A DNA stretch of 64,000 nucleotides from an uncultured delta proteobacterium (GCA_963727485.1 CAVSGM010000002.1:448001-512000), one strand, 5' to 3'; shown: positions 1 through 10,922, numbered from the stretch's first letter. Notes: generated by a model not told the origin, from the letters alone. Numbers and translations are program-made.

Positions 1-10
1 CCGCCGGGCG

Positions 11-1453
11 TTGGGCCTGGAGGCGGTGCACCGGCGCCTCGCCCTTGCCGACGTGGTCTACGTGGGCGACTACCACACCCTCCCGCAGGCCCAGGGCGCC
101 TACCTCGAGCTGGTGCGCCAGGCCCTGACCCTCGACCGCCCGGTGGCCCTGGCCCTGGAGTTCGTCCTCTCGGCCCACCAGGGGATCCTCGACGACTGGC
201 TCGCCGGGCGGCGCTCCGAGGCGCGCTTCCTCGAGGGCATCGGCTACCCGGGGCACCACGTGTTCCCGGTGTGGCCCGGGTTCCGCCCCATCCTCGAGCT
301 CGCCCGGGCCGAGGGCCTCCCGGTGGTGGCCATGGATCTCGCCGGCGCCAGCCTCCGGCGCCGGGACCGCCACGCCGCCGCCCGGGTCGCCGGCCACCTC
401 GCACGCCGCCCCGGCGACCGGGTGATGGTCCTCGCCGGCCAGCTCCACGTGGCCCCGCCCCACCTCCCGGCCCGGGTCGCCGAGGCCAGCGTCGCCGCCG
501 GCCGCCCGCCCCCGAGGCCGCTGGTGGTCTACCAGAACTGCGAGGAGATCTACTGGCAGCTCGCCCGCCGGGGCCGGGAGCACGCCACCGAGGCGGTGGA
601 CCTCGGCCCCGAGGCGGTCTGCCTCATCAACACCTCCCCGGTGGTGGCCCAGCAGAGCTTCCTCACCCACCTCCACGGGGACGTCGCCGACGGAAGCCTG
701 GAGACCGCCCCGGAGCGGACCTTCAAGCAGATGTGCGAGGTCCTCGCCGGCTTCCTCGACCTCGACGTGGGCGACGCCCTCGACCGGGTGACGGTCCACA
801 GCCTCGGGGACCTCTCGTTCCTCCACGACCTGCGGCGCCGGGGCACCTTCCCCGCCCGGGACCTCGACTACATGGCGCGGCAGATCCTCGCCAGCGAGAG
901 CTACTACATCCCCCGGGCGCAGGTGGTGTACCTGGGGACCCTCTCGGTGAACCACGCCGCCGAGGAGGCCGCCCACTTCCTGCGCCACGTGTGCACCGAC
1001 GACGACGGGGACCGGGACGGGCTCATCGACGCGTTCTACGCGCGGGTCCTCAACGAGGCCCTGGCCTTCTTCGGGAGCAAGGTGGTCAACCCCCGGCGGC
1101 GGGCCACCGACGAGGCGACCCTCGCGGCGCTGGTGACCGCCTGGGACGAAGGCGAGCGCGAGGGGCTCCGGGGGCCGGAGGTCGAGGCGGCCAGGCTCAC
1201 CCTCGGGCACCTGGCCCTGGAGCGCGGCGCCCGTCCCCGGGGCCTGCGCCAGCGCCTCTACGGCGCCCCGGACGCGGACCTCTTCAACGCGGTGACCCAC
1301 CTTCTGGGCTACCTCCTCGGCGAGGCCCTCTACGACGGGATGCGCCGGGGGCGGCTCACCAAGCAGGCCCTGCGGGAGCTCTTCCTCGATCCCCTCGACG
1401 AGGACGGGGACGCCTTCCACGCCTACTTCTACCTGGCGTCGGCGCTCCGCTGA
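11..1453 (+). CDS. ChaN-like (haem-uptake/TIKI-type) domain protein with C-terminal helical extension; 5' end may lie outside the window
   Basis: N-half has ADVVYVGDYH, ALEFV and MVLAGQLHV, typical of the ChaN/EreA-like fold. The frame is open to the window edge. Confidence 0.6.
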   Translation: MGLEAVHRRLALADVVYVGDYHTLPQAQGAYLELVRQALTLDRPVALALEFVLSAHQGILDDWLAGRRSEARFLEGIGYPGHHVFPVWPGFRPILELARAEGLPVVAMDLAGASLRRRDRHAAARVAGHLARRPGDRVMVLAGQLHVAPPHLPARVAEASVAAGRPPPRPLVVYQNCEEIYWQLARRGREHATEAVDLGPEAVCLINTSPVVAQQSFLTHLHGDVADGSLETAPERTFKQMCEVLAGFLDLDVGDALDRVTVHSLGDLSFLHDLRRRGTFPARDLDYMARQILASESYYIPRAQVVYLGTLSVNHAAEEAAHFLRHVCTDDDGDRDGLIDAFYARVLNEALAFFGSKVVNPRRRATDEATLAALVTAWDEGEREGLRGPEVEAARLTLGHLALERGARPRGLRQRLYGAPDADLFNAVTHLLGYLLGEALYDGMRRGRLTKQALRELFLDPLDEDGDAFHAYFYLASALR

Positions 1454-2154
1454 CCCTCGAGGAGGTGGGCGAGGCGACGGCCCACGGCGTCGGCGACCTC
1501 GGCGAGGCCGGCCCGGAGCATGGGACGCGGCCGGGCCCGGTAGGCCGCGACGTCGAAGCGCCCGGCGGGGGCCCCGGGGTGGGCGCTGAAGTCGACCGAC
1601 ACCCGGCTCGACCAGAGGACGTCGCCGCCGGGGACCGCCCGGAGCCGCGCCTCGACGACCATCCAGAAGCCACCGGGGTGCTCGGCGCCGTCCTTCCGGA
1701 CGCCCCAGCGGACGATGTGCAGGACCAGGGCCGCGTCGACCTTCAGGGGGGCGAGGCGATCCAGCTGCAGGCCGTCGCCCCGGGCGAGGAGGCTCCCGAG
1801 GGCCGAGGAGACGGCCAGGGGGTCGGCGACGGCGAAGGGCGGGTGCGCCAGGTGGCTGACCACCGCGCCCCGGACCAGCTGCTCCAGCTCGTACACGCTC
1901 ACCGAGCGGTCGAGGGCGGCCTCGATGCGGCCGTCGGCGCGGGTCGGGGTCCCGCCGAGGGACCGGGCCGCGAGCGCGTCGCCCCGGGCCACGTAGGCCA
2001 CCGGCGGGCCCTCGCGGCGGGCGATGATGGCCACCCGGTGGAGGCGCCCGGCCAGCCCCGAGGGCAGCGGCGCGCCATGGGCGCAGCCGGCCACACAGGC
2101 CGCCGCCACCACGAGGAGAACCGGGCCGCCTGGCCCACGCCGGGAGGTGCGCAT
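1429..2154 (-). CDS. Hypothetical lipoprotein
   Basis: ATG at 2154 gives MRTSRRG-hydrophobic-VAGC lipobox. Convergent overlap with the ChaN-like gene. Confidence 0.6.
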   Translation of the reverse strand: MRTSRRGPGGPVLLVVAAACVAGCAHGAPLPSGLAGRLHRVAIIARREGPPVAYVARGDALAARSLGGTPTRADGRIEAALDRSVSVYELEQLVRGAVVSHLAHPPFAVADPLAVSSALGSLLARGDGLQLDRLAPLKVDAALVLHIVRWGVRKDGAEHPGGFWMVVEARLRAVPGGDVLWSSRVSVDFSAHPGAPAGRFDVAAYRARPRPMLRAGLAEVADAVGRRLAHLLEGQRSADAR

Positions 2155-2261
2155 GGGACCGCTTCTACCGCGCCCCCGGCGTCTTGTCAGCGCCGTGGGG
2201 GGCGCGATAGGTTGCCCCGTCCCACGCGGCCGCGGGGGCGATCTCTCCACGGAGGACGGGC

Positions 2262-3425
2262 ATGCGGCAGGGTTTTCTTCGGACGACGATGGTGGGTCTC
2301 TCGGTGGTGGCGCTCTGCGCGGTGGGGGGCTGCAAGAAGTCCCAGCCCGCGCGCCCGCACCCGGCAAAGCCGGCGGCGAAGGCCAAGCCGGCGGACGCCT
2401 CCCGCACCCCGGGCGCGGCGCCCACGGCGACCGCCTCGGTCCACGGCAAGAGCGATCCCCTCTGCGTGGGGCCCATCGACATCAAGCCCCCCAAGACCTT
2501 CGACCTCGCCGACTGGCACGTGAAGACCGAGGGCTACCGGGTCACCCTCACCCCCAAGACCCCCAAGAAGGGCAACCTGGTCCTCGGGGTGATGAGCGAC
2601 ATCAAGGAGGACACCGGGGAGAACCTCTTCAACCTCCAGCGTGACATCGCCTGGTTCAAGAAGCAGGGCGCGCAGGCGGTGGTCATCGCCGGCGACACCG
2701 GCGAGACGGTCCCCTCGATCACCCACTCCCTCGACGCCATCGCCGCGCCGGGGTGGCCGGTGTTCGTCATCGTGGGCAACCGCCCGGCCCGGGACGTCTA
2801 CGCCGACGGCGTCGCCGGGGCCCAGAAGGATCACCCCAACGTCTTCGACCTGAACCAGCGGCGCCTGGTGCGCCTCCCGAACGTCAGCCTGGTCAGCGTC
2901 CCCGGCTACTACGACCCCCGCTTCCTCCACCACCAGAGCGGCTGCCAGTACTTCGTCGAGGACGTCGACGCCACCCAGAAGATGATCGCCAGCGACGTGA
3001 AGGGCCCGGCCATCCTCATCAGCCACGGGCCCCCGCGCGGGACCACCGAGCAGGCCATCGACAACGCCACCCAGGCGGGGAACACCGGCGACCCGAACCT
3101 CAACACCCTGATCACCGCCGACCACGTGGCCTACGGGATCTTCGGGAACATCGAGGAGGCCGGCGGCAAGGCCACCGACCTCACCGGCGAGAACCTCGTC
3201 GACCCGGGGAAGTTCGTGAAGTCGTTCTACCTGAACCCCGGGCCCGCGGACTCGGTGGGTTGGGAGATGAACGACGGCACCGAGTCCCACGGGATGGTGG
3301 CGGTGATGACCGTCCGCCCCGACGGGATGGCGAGCTACCAGGTCAACCGCCTGGCGCCGCTGACCCAGGCCCAGGAGGCCGAGGCGGCGAAGCTCACCCC
3401 CAAGGACGACAAGGGCGGCGAGTAG
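2262..3425 (+). CDS. Lipoprotein with calcineurin-like metallophosphoesterase fold, metal motifs degenerate
   Basis: Lipobox VGGC. Motifs occur in order as SDIK, AGD, GNR, SHGPP and FGNIEE (canonical DxH, GD, GNH, H, GHxH). Confidence 0.7.
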   Translation: MRQGFLRTTMVGLSVVALCAVGGCKKSQPARPHPAKPAAKAKPADASRTPGAAPTATASVHGKSDPLCVGPIDIKPPKTFDLADWHVKTEGYRVTLTPKTPKKGNLVLGVMSDIKEDTGENLFNLQRDIAWFKKQGAQAVVIAGDTGETVPSITHSLDAIAAPGWPVFVIVGNRPARDVYADGVAGAQKDHPNVFDLNQRRLVRLPNVSLVSVPGYYDPRFLHHQSGCQYFVEDVDATQKMIASDVKGPAILISHGPPRGTTEQAIDNATQAGNTGDPNLNTLITADHVAYGIFGNIEEAGGKATDLTGENLVDPGKFVKSFYLNPGPADSVGWEMNDGTESHGMVAVMTVRPDGMASYQVNRLAPLTQAQEAEAAKLTPKDDKGGE

Positions 3426-3428
3426 ACG

Positions 3429-4130
3429 CTACTTCTGGCGGACCTTCGCCAGGTAGGCGTCCCGATCGATGACGCCCTGCTCCACCAGGAGCTCGACCAG
3501 GGCCCGGAGGGCCTTGAGCTCGCTGTGGACGGTGCGCTCGAGATCGGACAGACCCCGCGCCACGTCGCCTGTGGGCGCGGGGGCCTCGGCGGGGGGAGCC
3601 TCCGCCGGGTCGTACTCCACGTCGCCGGTGCCCCGGAGGCCGTAGGCGGCCGGGTCGAGGGTGTCCGAGGAGACGGTGCTCTCGCCGTAGTAGTAGCGGC
3701 GGATCGCCCGGTCGATGGCCGAGGCGCTGGCGACCACCGGCTGCACCTTGAGGCCGGTGCGGAAGCTGACCTCGTCGAGGGCCTCCCAGCCGGTGGGGTC
3801 GGCGGTGGCCACGTGGAAGGTGCGGGTGTCGTCGTCCCGGGAGACCGGGAAGAGCCCGTAGCGCTCGCAGAGGTTCACCGGGAGGAGCCGGGCCACCTCC
3901 CGGGGCAGCTCATCCTTGTCGAGATCCACCCGGGGGATGCCGAGCTGCTTGGAGAGGGCCTTGACCATCAGGTCCTCGGAGAGGAAGCCCATGTCCACCA
4001 GGATGCGGCCGAGCTTCCCGCCCCACTTCTGCTGCTCGGCCAGGGCCGCCTCGAGGTGGGTCTCGTCGAGGACGCCGGCGGCGACGAGGAGCTCGCCGAG
4101 GCGCATGCGGCGGATGAAGGAGGTGCTCAT
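3429..4130 (-). CDS. Stand-alone MshEN / T2SSE N-terminal domain protein (putative c-di-GMP receptor)
   Basis: Tandem RLGELLVAAGVLDETHLEAALAEQ / KLGRILVDMGFLSEDLMVKALSKQ, then an ATADP...LDEVSFRTG T2SSE_N segment. No ATPase domain. Confidence 0.8.
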   Translation of the reverse strand: MSTSFIRRMRLGELLVAAGVLDETHLEAALAEQQKWGGKLGRILVDMGFLSEDLMVKALSKQLGIPRVDLDKDELPREVARLLPVNLCERYGLFPVSRDDDTRTFHVATADPTGWEALDEVSFRTGLKVQPVVASASAIDRAIRRYYYGESTVSSDTLDPAAYGLRGTGDVEYDPAEAPPAEAPAPTGDVARGLSDLERTVHSELKALRALVELLVEQGVIDRDAYLAKVRQK

Positions 4131-4234
4131 GGCGGGGGGTCCAGGGGGGCCAGGATACGCGCGGCCCACGGCGGCCCGCAAGAAACGGACCCCACCCCGG
4201 GGACCCTGCCCCTGCCCCCCCGACCCGCCCGGCG

Positions 4235-5677
4235 CTAGACCAGGAGGTCGCCCGGGTCGAGCTCGAGGCCCGGGCCGCCGGTCGCCCGGGCGGCGTTGGC
4301 CTGGGACCGGCTCTCGGTGAGCTCGCTGACCACCTCGAGGATCTGGGGGTGGGTCATGATGAGCTCGTTGAAGGCCTCGGTGGGCAGGCGGAGGAGCACG
4401 CACTCGCGGAGGGTGCGCACCGTGGCCGTGGCCGGCTGCCGGGTGAGGACGCTCATCTCCCCGAAGACGTCGCCCTCGTGGAGACGGGCGAGGGTCTCCT
4501 CCGCGAAGCCCGCGCCCCGGGTGACGGCGACCTCGCCGCTCATCACCAGGTAGAGGCCCCCGGAGGGCTGGCCCTCCTCGATCACGGTCTCGCCGGCGGG
4601 GACGGTCATGGCGTTGAAGCGCTGGACCAGCGTCCGGCGCTGGGAGCGATCGAAGGGCCGGAAGATGGGGCTGGTGGCCATGAGATTGGCCAGGAGCCGC
4701 TGGCGGTAGAAGCGCTCGAGGGCCGCCTGCACCGAGGGGTGGTCGGCGGCGAGGCGCTCGAGGAGGGCGCGGTCGAGCTCGAAGAGCTCCACCGGGGTCT
4801 CGCAGGTGACCGTGGCGCTCCGGGGCGCGTCGGAGAGGAGCGCCATCTCCCCGAAGAAGTGCCCCTCGTCGAGGTGGGCGAGCTCCAGGGTCTCGCCGCC
4901 CACGTCGCGGGTGACCACCAGGGTGCCGTCGGCGACCACGTAGAAGGCGTCGCCCTGCTCGCCCTGGCGGACCACCACCGCGCCCGGGTCGAGGCGCCGG
5001 TGGCGCATCTGCTCCATGAGGGCGATGAAGGCGTCCCGGGCGAGGTCGGAGAACAGGGCCATCTCCGGGAGGACCTCGAGCTGGGGCGCCGGCGGGAGCG
5101 GCGGGGGCTCGATGGCGCTCACGTCGATGGGCTCGTCGCCGAGGGAGTCGAGCTCGAGGAGGATCTCCTCGTCGTCGTCGTCGCCGGTGTCCACCTCGGC
5201 GACCACCAGGGCCTCGTCGGCGTCGGCCGTGGCGTCGGCAGCGACGTCGGGCGCCGGCGCCGCCGCCTCGGCGACGGCCTCGGCCACCGCCTCGGCGGCC
5301 CGGCCCCGGGGGGCCACGCGGTCGGGGAGCGGACGCTCCGGCGGCGGCGGGTGCCCGTACTTGCGCGCGTAGAGGTCGGCGACCAGGGCCTGGGTGTCCG
5401 TGTGGCCCGGGTCCACCTCGAGGATCAGCCGGCAGGCGGCGATGGCCTTGAGGAGGAGCCCGTCCCGGGCGTAGAAGCCCGCGACCTCCCGGTAGCAGCT
5501 CACCGCCTTCGCCGGCTGGTCGACCTTGCGGTAGACGTCCCCGAGGCGCAGGCGGCTGGAGAGGTCGGACGGGTCCTTCTCGACGATCTTCTGCCAGGCG
5601 AGGAGCGCCTTGTCGTACTTCCCCTTGGCGTAGTACTTCGCCGCCGAGTCCTTGAGGCGCCGGAGGGCGTCACCCAT
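4235..5677 (-). CDS. TPR + tandem cyclic-nucleotide-binding domain protein
   Basis: N-terminal TPR-like helices, an acidic linker, and two cNMP cassettes (FFGEMALLSDAPRSATV; VFGEMSVLTRQPATATV). Confidence 0.85.
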   Translation of the reverse strand: MGDALRRLKDSAAKYYAKGKYDKALLAWQKIVEKDPSDLSSRLRLGDVYRKVDQPAKAVSCYREVAGFYARDGLLLKAIAACRLILEVDPGHTDTQALVADLYARKYGHPPPPERPLPDRVAPRGRAAEAVAEAVAEAAAPAPDVAADATADADEALVVAEVDTGDDDDEEILLELDSLGDEPIDVSAIEPPPLPPAPQLEVLPEMALFSDLARDAFIALMEQMRHRRLDPGAVVVRQGEQGDAFYVVADGTLVVTRDVGGETLELAHLDEGHFFGEMALLSDAPRSATVTCETPVELFELDRALLERLAADHPSVQAALERFYRQRLLANLMATSPIFRPFDRSQRRTLVQRFNAMTVPAGETVIEEGQPSGGLYLVMSGEVAVTRGAGFAEETLARLHEGDVFGEMSVLTRQPATATVRTLRECVLLRLPTEAFNELIMTHPQILEVVSELTESRSQANAARATGGPGLELDPGDLLV

Positions 5678-7868
5678 GGTGGGCTCCCTTGGCCGAGGGG
5701 TTGGCGGCCACCCGCACCCGGCGGTCGTAGTCACCGGCGAGGGCGCCGAGCCAGGGGTCGTCGATCCCGAGGCGGCGCATGGCCCGGGCCGCCGCCGCCC
5801 GGACCTCGGGGCGATGGCTGTGGAGGGCGTGGCCGAGGGCGGCGGAGATGGCCGGGTCCCGGGCCTTGAGGCGACCGAGGGCCTCGATGGCGGCGACCTG
5901 CCCCGCGGGGTCGGGCTGGGCCACCAGGCGGGCCAGGGCCCCGGCGGCGGACTTGCCCCCCACCGCGCCCAGGGAGGTGGCCGCCTCGTCCGCCGCCGGC
6001 CCGTCGAGGAGCGACGCCAGGGCGGTCTCGGCCTTGGCGCCCCCGAGGACGCCGAGGGCGTGGGCCACCGCCGGCAGGGCCTCGGCGGGCACCCGGGACG
6101 CGGCGGTGACCAGGGCCCCGAGGCCGGCCTTGCGCCCGGCCAGGGCCTCGGCGGCGGCGTCGATGACCTCCGGGGGCCCGGTGGGATCGAGGGCCCGCTC
6201 CAGGAGGGCCTCGGCGGCCTTCCCGGGCACCTCCCCCACCGCGGTCACCGCCGCCACCCGGACCGCCACCGCCGGGTGCGCGAGGAGCCCCCGGAGCGCC
6301 GGGAGGGCGTCGGCCCCCTGGAGGCGCCCGGCGGCGAGGGCTGCGGCGGCGAGGAGGTCGTCGAGGTGGGGCGCGAGGTCCGGGACCAGCTCCACCCGCG
6401 CCAGGGGCGAGGCGTCGGTGAGGCCCGCGAGGGCCTGCTTCTGCAGGGCCCCGGCGTCCGCGGCCGGGAGGCCCATCTGCTGCCGGCGCTTGGCCGCCAG
6501 CTTCGCCCGGTAGGTGGCCACCTTGTGCATCAGGTCGTTGAACCGCTTGTCGTAGCGCTGGCCATCGGCGCCAGCCTCCGACCCGGGGTCGCCCCCGTCG
6601 GCGCGGGCCGGGGCGGTGCCCCACCCCGGGTCGGTGGGCAGGGGCCCGGAGACCCACTCCTGCCGGCCCTGGGCGTCGACGGCCTCGAGCCGGGCCAATG
6701 CGGCGCCGGCGGCCTGGGCGAGGCCCGTGACGTCGGCGGCGGCGGCGGCGCGCCAGGCGGCCGCGGAGATCTGGGGGTCGGGATCGGCGACGAGCTTCTG
6801 GAGCTCCTTGGCCGCCGGGGCGGTCAGCGCCGACGCGCCCACGACCCGGATGAGCTCGAGGGCCGGGAGGGCCTCGGCGCCGCCCCGGGCGAGGGCCCGG
6901 GCGACCACCGGGCCCAGGTCGCAGGAGGTGCCCAGGGCCACCGCGGCCTGGGCGGCGGCGCCGGCGACCGGGACCACCACCGCCTGGGAGGCGACGGTGC
7001 ACAGGGCGGCCCCGGCCTTGGCCGGGGCGCTGCGGCCCAGGCGACGCAGGGCGGCCACCGACTCCTGGGCCGACCCCTGGCCCCCCTCGAGGGCGGCCTT
7101 CTGGAGGGCGGGGATGGCCTTGGGATCGCCGAGGGCCCCGAGGGCGTCGGCGGCGGCGCGCTTGAGCGCCGGGTAGTCCTCGGCGAGGACCCGGGTGAGG
7201 GGCGCCACGGCCCGCGCGTCCCCGGCGGCGCCGAGGCCCCGGGCCGCCGCGGCGGCCAGGGAGATGGACCGGTCGGCGAGGAGCGGCAGGAGGGCTCGCA
7301 CCGCCTCCTTGCGCCCGGAGCGCCCGAGCTCCTCGGCGGCGCCGATGCGCTCGGCCTGGGTCGGCCCGCCGACGGCGGCGAGGAGCCGGTCGAGGCGCCG
7401 CCTGGCGGCGTCGGCCACGGCCTTGGAGGGGGCGCCGGTGTGGCCCTCGAGGGCCCGGGCCACGGCGTCCCGGGCCGGACCGTCGACCCGGGCGTAGGCG
7501 AGCTCGAGGTAGGCCACCGCCTTGGGGGTGCCCTGGACCCCCAGGGCCGCCGCGGCGGCCTCCTGGACCTTGGTGCTCGGGTCCGAGAGGAGGCCCTGGA
7601 AGAGGTCGGCGAGGTGGCGGTCCTTGAGGTGGGCCAGGGCGTCGATGGACGCGACCCGCACCTTGGACGCCGGGTCGTGGAGCCCGCTCAAGGCCAGGAC
7701 CCGGATGGCCTCGGGGGTGCCGATGCGCCCGAGCTCCCGGGCGGCGCCGACCCGCTCGGGCACGAACTGGCTGTGGGCCAGCCGATCGCGGGCGAGGGGC
7801 AGATCATCGTGGCAGCCGGCGGCGCCGGCGAGGGCCAGGACCAGGAGCCAGGGGCCGAGCCGTCTCAA
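5670..7868 (-). CDS. HEAT/PBS-lyase repeat lipoprotein
   Basis: Lipobox AAGC and many repeats of the type VR.AA..ALG..G...A...L. Confidence 0.8.
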   Translation of the reverse strand: MRRLGPWLLVLALAGAAGCHDDLPLARDRLAHSQFVPERVGAARELGRIGTPEAIRVLALSGLHDPASKVRVASIDALAHLKDRHLADLFQGLLSDPSTKVQEAAAAALGVQGTPKAVAYLELAYARVDGPARDAVARALEGHTGAPSKAVADAARRRLDRLLAAVGGPTQAERIGAAEELGRSGRKEAVRALLPLLADRSISLAAAAARGLGAAGDARAVAPLTRVLAEDYPALKRAAADALGALGDPKAIPALQKAALEGGQGSAQESVAALRRLGRSAPAKAGAALCTVASQAVVVPVAGAAAQAAVALGTSCDLGPVVARALARGGAEALPALELIRVVGASALTAPAAKELQKLVADPDPQISAAAWRAAAAADVTGLAQAAGAALARLEAVDAQGRQEWVSGPLPTDPGWGTAPARADGGDPGSEAGADGQRYDKRFNDLMHKVATYRAKLAAKRRQQMGLPAADAGALQKQALAGLTDASPLARVELVPDLAPHLDDLLAAAALAAGRLQGADALPALRGLLAHPAVAVRVAAVTAVGEVPGKAAEALLERALDPTGPPEVIDAAAEALAGRKAGLGALVTAASRVPAEALPAVAHALGVLGGAKAETALASLLDGPAADEAATSLGAVGGKSAAGALARLVAQPDPAGQVAAIEALGRLKARDPAISAALGHALHSHRPEVRAAAARAMRRLGIDDPWLGALAGDYDRRVRVAANPSAKGAHHG

Positions 7869-8803
7869 CGTCGTGAACCTCCCTTGCCCGGGGGCTTGCG
7901 CCGGCCGCCGCCTGCGGGGGGCTTGCGCCCACCGGACCGCGGGGCCGACCCGCCGCCGCCCTGCTTCGCCCCGCCCGGCCGGGCGGCGGGCTTGGCCCCG
8001 GCGTCCCTCGGGGCCCGACGATCCGGGCGTTTGCCCGCCGGGGCGCCCTTCCGGGGCGCCGGACCGGACTTCGGGGCCCCCTTGGCGGAGGCCTCGAGGA
8101 CGCGGACCTCGGCGGCGGTGAGGGGGCGCAGCTCCCCAGGCTCGAGGCGCTCGAGGAGCACCCCCCCGTAGGCCACCCGGCGCAGGCGCTGGACCGGGTG
8201 CCCCACCGCCTCCAGGAGCCGCTTGACCAGGTGCGGCCGCCCCTCGGCGACCACCACCCGGACCCAGGTGTTCTTCTTGGCCCGGCCCACCCGCTCCACC
8301 GACTCGGGCCGGGCCATCCCGTCCTCGAGGCGGACCCCGGCGCGCAGGGCCTCGAGGACGGCCTCCGAGGGCGCCCCCCGGACCTTGGCGTCGTAGGTGC
8401 GCGGGACCCCGTAGCGCGGGTGGGTGAGGCGGTTGGCCAGGGCGCCGTCGTTGGTGAGCAGGAGCAGCCCCTCGGCGTCCCAGTCGAGGCGCCCCACCGG
8501 GAAGATCCGCTCGTCGACCTCCCGGGCGAGGTCGCCGACGCAGGGCCGGCCCTCGGGATCGGAGAGGCTGGTGATCATCTTCGGGGGCTTGTGGAGGGCG
8601 TAGTAGACCGGCTCCTCGGCGAGGATGGCCTTCCCGTCGACCCGCACCTCGTCGCGCCCCGGGTGGACCCGGGTCCCGAGCTCGGTGACGAGCTTGCCGT
8701 TCACCGACACCCGCCCGGCGACGATGAGCTGCTCGGCGGCCCGTCGGGAGGCGACCCCCGCCCGGGCCAGGACCTTCTGGAGCCGCTCCCCGGTCTCGGT
8801 CAT
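7865..8803 (-). CDS. rluB: 23S rRNA pseudouridine synthase B
   Basis: S4 domain [22 protein letters not shown] and catalytic GRLD. Lies downstream of scpAB; ATG overlaps the scpB stop. Confidence 0.9.
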   Translation of the reverse strand: MTETGERLQKVLARAGVASRRAAEQLIVAGRVSVNGKLVTELGTRVHPGRDEVRVDGKAILAEEPVYYALHKPPKMITSLSDPEGRPCVGDLAREVDERIFPVGRLDWDAEGLLLLTNDGALANRLTHPRYGVPRTYDAKVRGAPSEAVLEALRAGVRLEDGMARPESVERVGRAKKNTWVRVVVAEGRPHLVKRLLEAVGHPVQRLRRVAYGGVLLERLEPGELRPLTAAEVRVLEASAKGAPKSGPAPRKGAPAGKRPDRRAPRDAGAKPAARPGGAKQGGGGSAPRSGGRKPPAGGGRRKPPGKGGSRR

Positions 8804-9864
8804 GCCTCGGCCGTCTCCTCGGCCTCGTCCCCTGCGGCCGGGGCGCCCTGCCCCTGCTGGCCGTCGAGGGCCTCGGCGACGACCCGGGCCTTGTCCTCGG
8901 TGTCCTTCACCGCGGCGTCGAGGGCCTCGAGGGCGGCCTCGTCCTCGGGGCGGTTGTCGTCGGCGGTCAGGGGCTCGATGCCGTCGAGGATCCCCGCGGG
9001 CTCGGCGGGCGCCTCGGCGGTGGGGGCGCCCTCGGCGTCGGGGTAGCTGTCCTCGACGATGCGCTGGTGCTCCTCGTTGAGCTCGTGGAACTCGCGGAGG
9101 GTGGGCAGGCTGGCGAGGTCCTTGAGGTTGAAGAACTCGAGGAAGGCCCGGGTGGTGCCATAGAGCAGGGGCCGGCCCGGCTCCTCCTTCTTGCCGAGGA
9201 CCTCGAGGAGGCCCCGGTCGAGGAGGGCCTTCATCACCGCCCCGCAGTCCACGCCGCGGATCTCCTCGACCTCGGGGCGGGTGACCGGCTGGCGGTAGGC
9301 GACGATGGCCAGGGTCTCGAGGGCGGCGCGGGTGAGGCGCTGGGGCTTCACCTGGAGGTAGCGCCGGACGAACTCGGAGCTGGTGGGGCAGGTGCGCAGC
9401 TGCCACCCGCCGCTGACCTCGTGGAGGACGATGCCGCTGACCCCCTCGCGGTAGTGGCCGGCGAGCTCGCCCATGGCCGCCCGGATGCGCTTGGGGACGA
9501 GGCCGGTGGCGTCCTGGATGGCCTTCTCCGAGAGGGGCTTGTCGGCGACGAAGAGGAGGGACTCGCAGAGGGTCGACACCCGGACGTCGGAGAGGAGCCG
9601 GGCCTTGGCGGCGAGCTTCTCCCGGGCCGCCGCCACCGGATCGTGGGCCGGGTCGAGGCCCGGGTCCCCGTCGTCGGCGGTCTCGGGGGCCTCGGCCTCG
9701 GCGACCTCGGGCTCGTCGATGTCCGCGGCCTCGGTGGCCTCGAGGGTCTCGGCCTCGTCGGGGACCTCGACCTCGGGGGCCAGGGCCTCCGGGGCCTCCT
9801 CGACCTCCTCGACCTCCTCGACTACCGCCGTCGTGCTTCGCTTTCCGATCATGTGTTCAGTCAC
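8800..9864 (-). CDS. scpB: SMC-Scp complex subunit ScpB
   Basis: [54 protein letters not shown]. Confidence 0.95.
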   Translation of the reverse strand: MTEHMIGKRSTTAVVEEVEEVEEAPEALAPEVEVPDEAETLEATEAADIDEPEVAEAEAPETADDGDPGLDPAHDPVAAAREKLAAKARLLSDVRVSTLCESLLFVADKPLSEKAIQDATGLVPKRIRAAMGELAGHYREGVSGIVLHEVSGGWQLRTCPTSSEFVRRYLQVKPQRLTRAALETLAIVAYRQPVTRPEVEEIRGVDCGAVMKALLDRGLLEVLGKKEEPGRPLLYGTTRAFLEFFNLKDLASLPTLREFHELNEEHQRIVEDSYPDAEGAPTAEAPAEPAGILDGIEPLTADDNRPEDEAALEALDAAVKDTEDKARVVAEALDGQQGQGAPAAGDEAEETAEA

Positions 9865-9896
9865 CCGTCCAGTGAGGGGGATCGCGTGTGGAGACG

Positions 9897-10922
9897 TTAC
9901 CGGAAGTCGTCCTGTACGTCGCCCAGATCCGTCTCGTCGAGGCGGTCGGTGCCGGCCACCAGGATGTCGGCGCCGATCTCCTCCTGGCGGATCCGGGCGA
10001 GGCCGAGGCGGGCGAGCTCGAGGAGGGCCAGGAAGGTCACGATGATCTGGGCCCGGACCCGGTCGCCCTCGAAGAGCGAGAGGAAGGTCACGGTGCGGGT
10101 CTTCCGGAGGCGGGCGACCAGCTCCGAGATGCGATTGGAGATGCTCACCCGCTCCATCAGGACGTCGTGGGTCACCTCGACCTTCGCCCGCTTGAACACC
10201 TCGTCGAGGGCCTCGATGAGCTTGAAGACGCTCACCTCCTTGAGGCCGATGTCGCCGTCGGGCAGCGGCACCGGCTCGGGGGCGCCGTCCCGGGCGAACA
10301 CGTCGCGACCGAGGATGTCCTGGCCCCCGAGGGTGTCCGCGGCCTCCCGGTACTTCTGGTACTCCAGGAGGCGCTTGACCAGGTCCTCGCGGGGGTCGCC
10401 GCCCTCGCCCTCTTCGCCCTCGTCCTCCTCGGGCTCGGGGCGCGGGAGGAGCATCCGGCTCTTGATGTGGGCCAACGTCGCCGCCATCAGCAGGTACTCG
10501 CCGGCGATGTCGAGGTTCAGCTCCCGCATCCGGTCGAGCATCTCCAGGTACTTCTCGATGACGAAGGAGATGGGGATGTCGAGGATGTCGAGGCGGTGCT
10601 CGCGGACCAGGTGGAGGAGCAGGTCGAGGGGGCCCTCGAAGACCGGGAGCTGCACCTGGAGGAGGCCCGGGCCGAGGTGCTCGGGCACGGGCCTGCCGTC
10701 GGGGCCCACCGGGCCGGCCGCAGCCTCGCCTTCGCCGCTGGCAGCGCCCTCGCCCGCCGCCGCCGCCGGGCCGGCCGCCGGCGCCTCGGGCGCACCGGTC
10801 CCCTCCGCCGCCCCACGCGACGCCTCCTCAGGGGAGACCGCCTGGGGGGACGCCGCCGCGGGATCCTGCGCCGCGGGCCCGCCACCCTCGTCCGGGGTCG
10901 GGCGCTCGGGGTCGTCCGCCAT
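9897..10922 (-). CDS. scpA: Segregation and condensation protein A (kleisin)
   Basis: [53 protein letters not shown]. Confidence 0.95.
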   Translation of the reverse strand: MADDPERPTPDEGGGPAAQDPAAASPQAVSPEEASRGAAEGTGAPEAPAAGPAAAAGEGAASGEGEAAAGPVGPDGRPVPEHLGPGLLQVQLPVFEGPLDLLLHLVREHRLDILDIPISFVIEKYLEMLDRMRELNLDIAGEYLLMAATLAHIKSRMLLPRPEPEEDEGEEGEGGDPREDLVKRLLEYQKYREAADTLGGQDILGRDVFARDGAPEPVPLPDGDIGLKEVSVFKLIEALDEVFKRAKVEVTHDVLMERVSISNRISELVARLRKTRTVTFLSLFEGDRVRAQIIVTFLALLELARLGLARIRQEEIGADILVAGTDRLDETDLGDVQDDFR

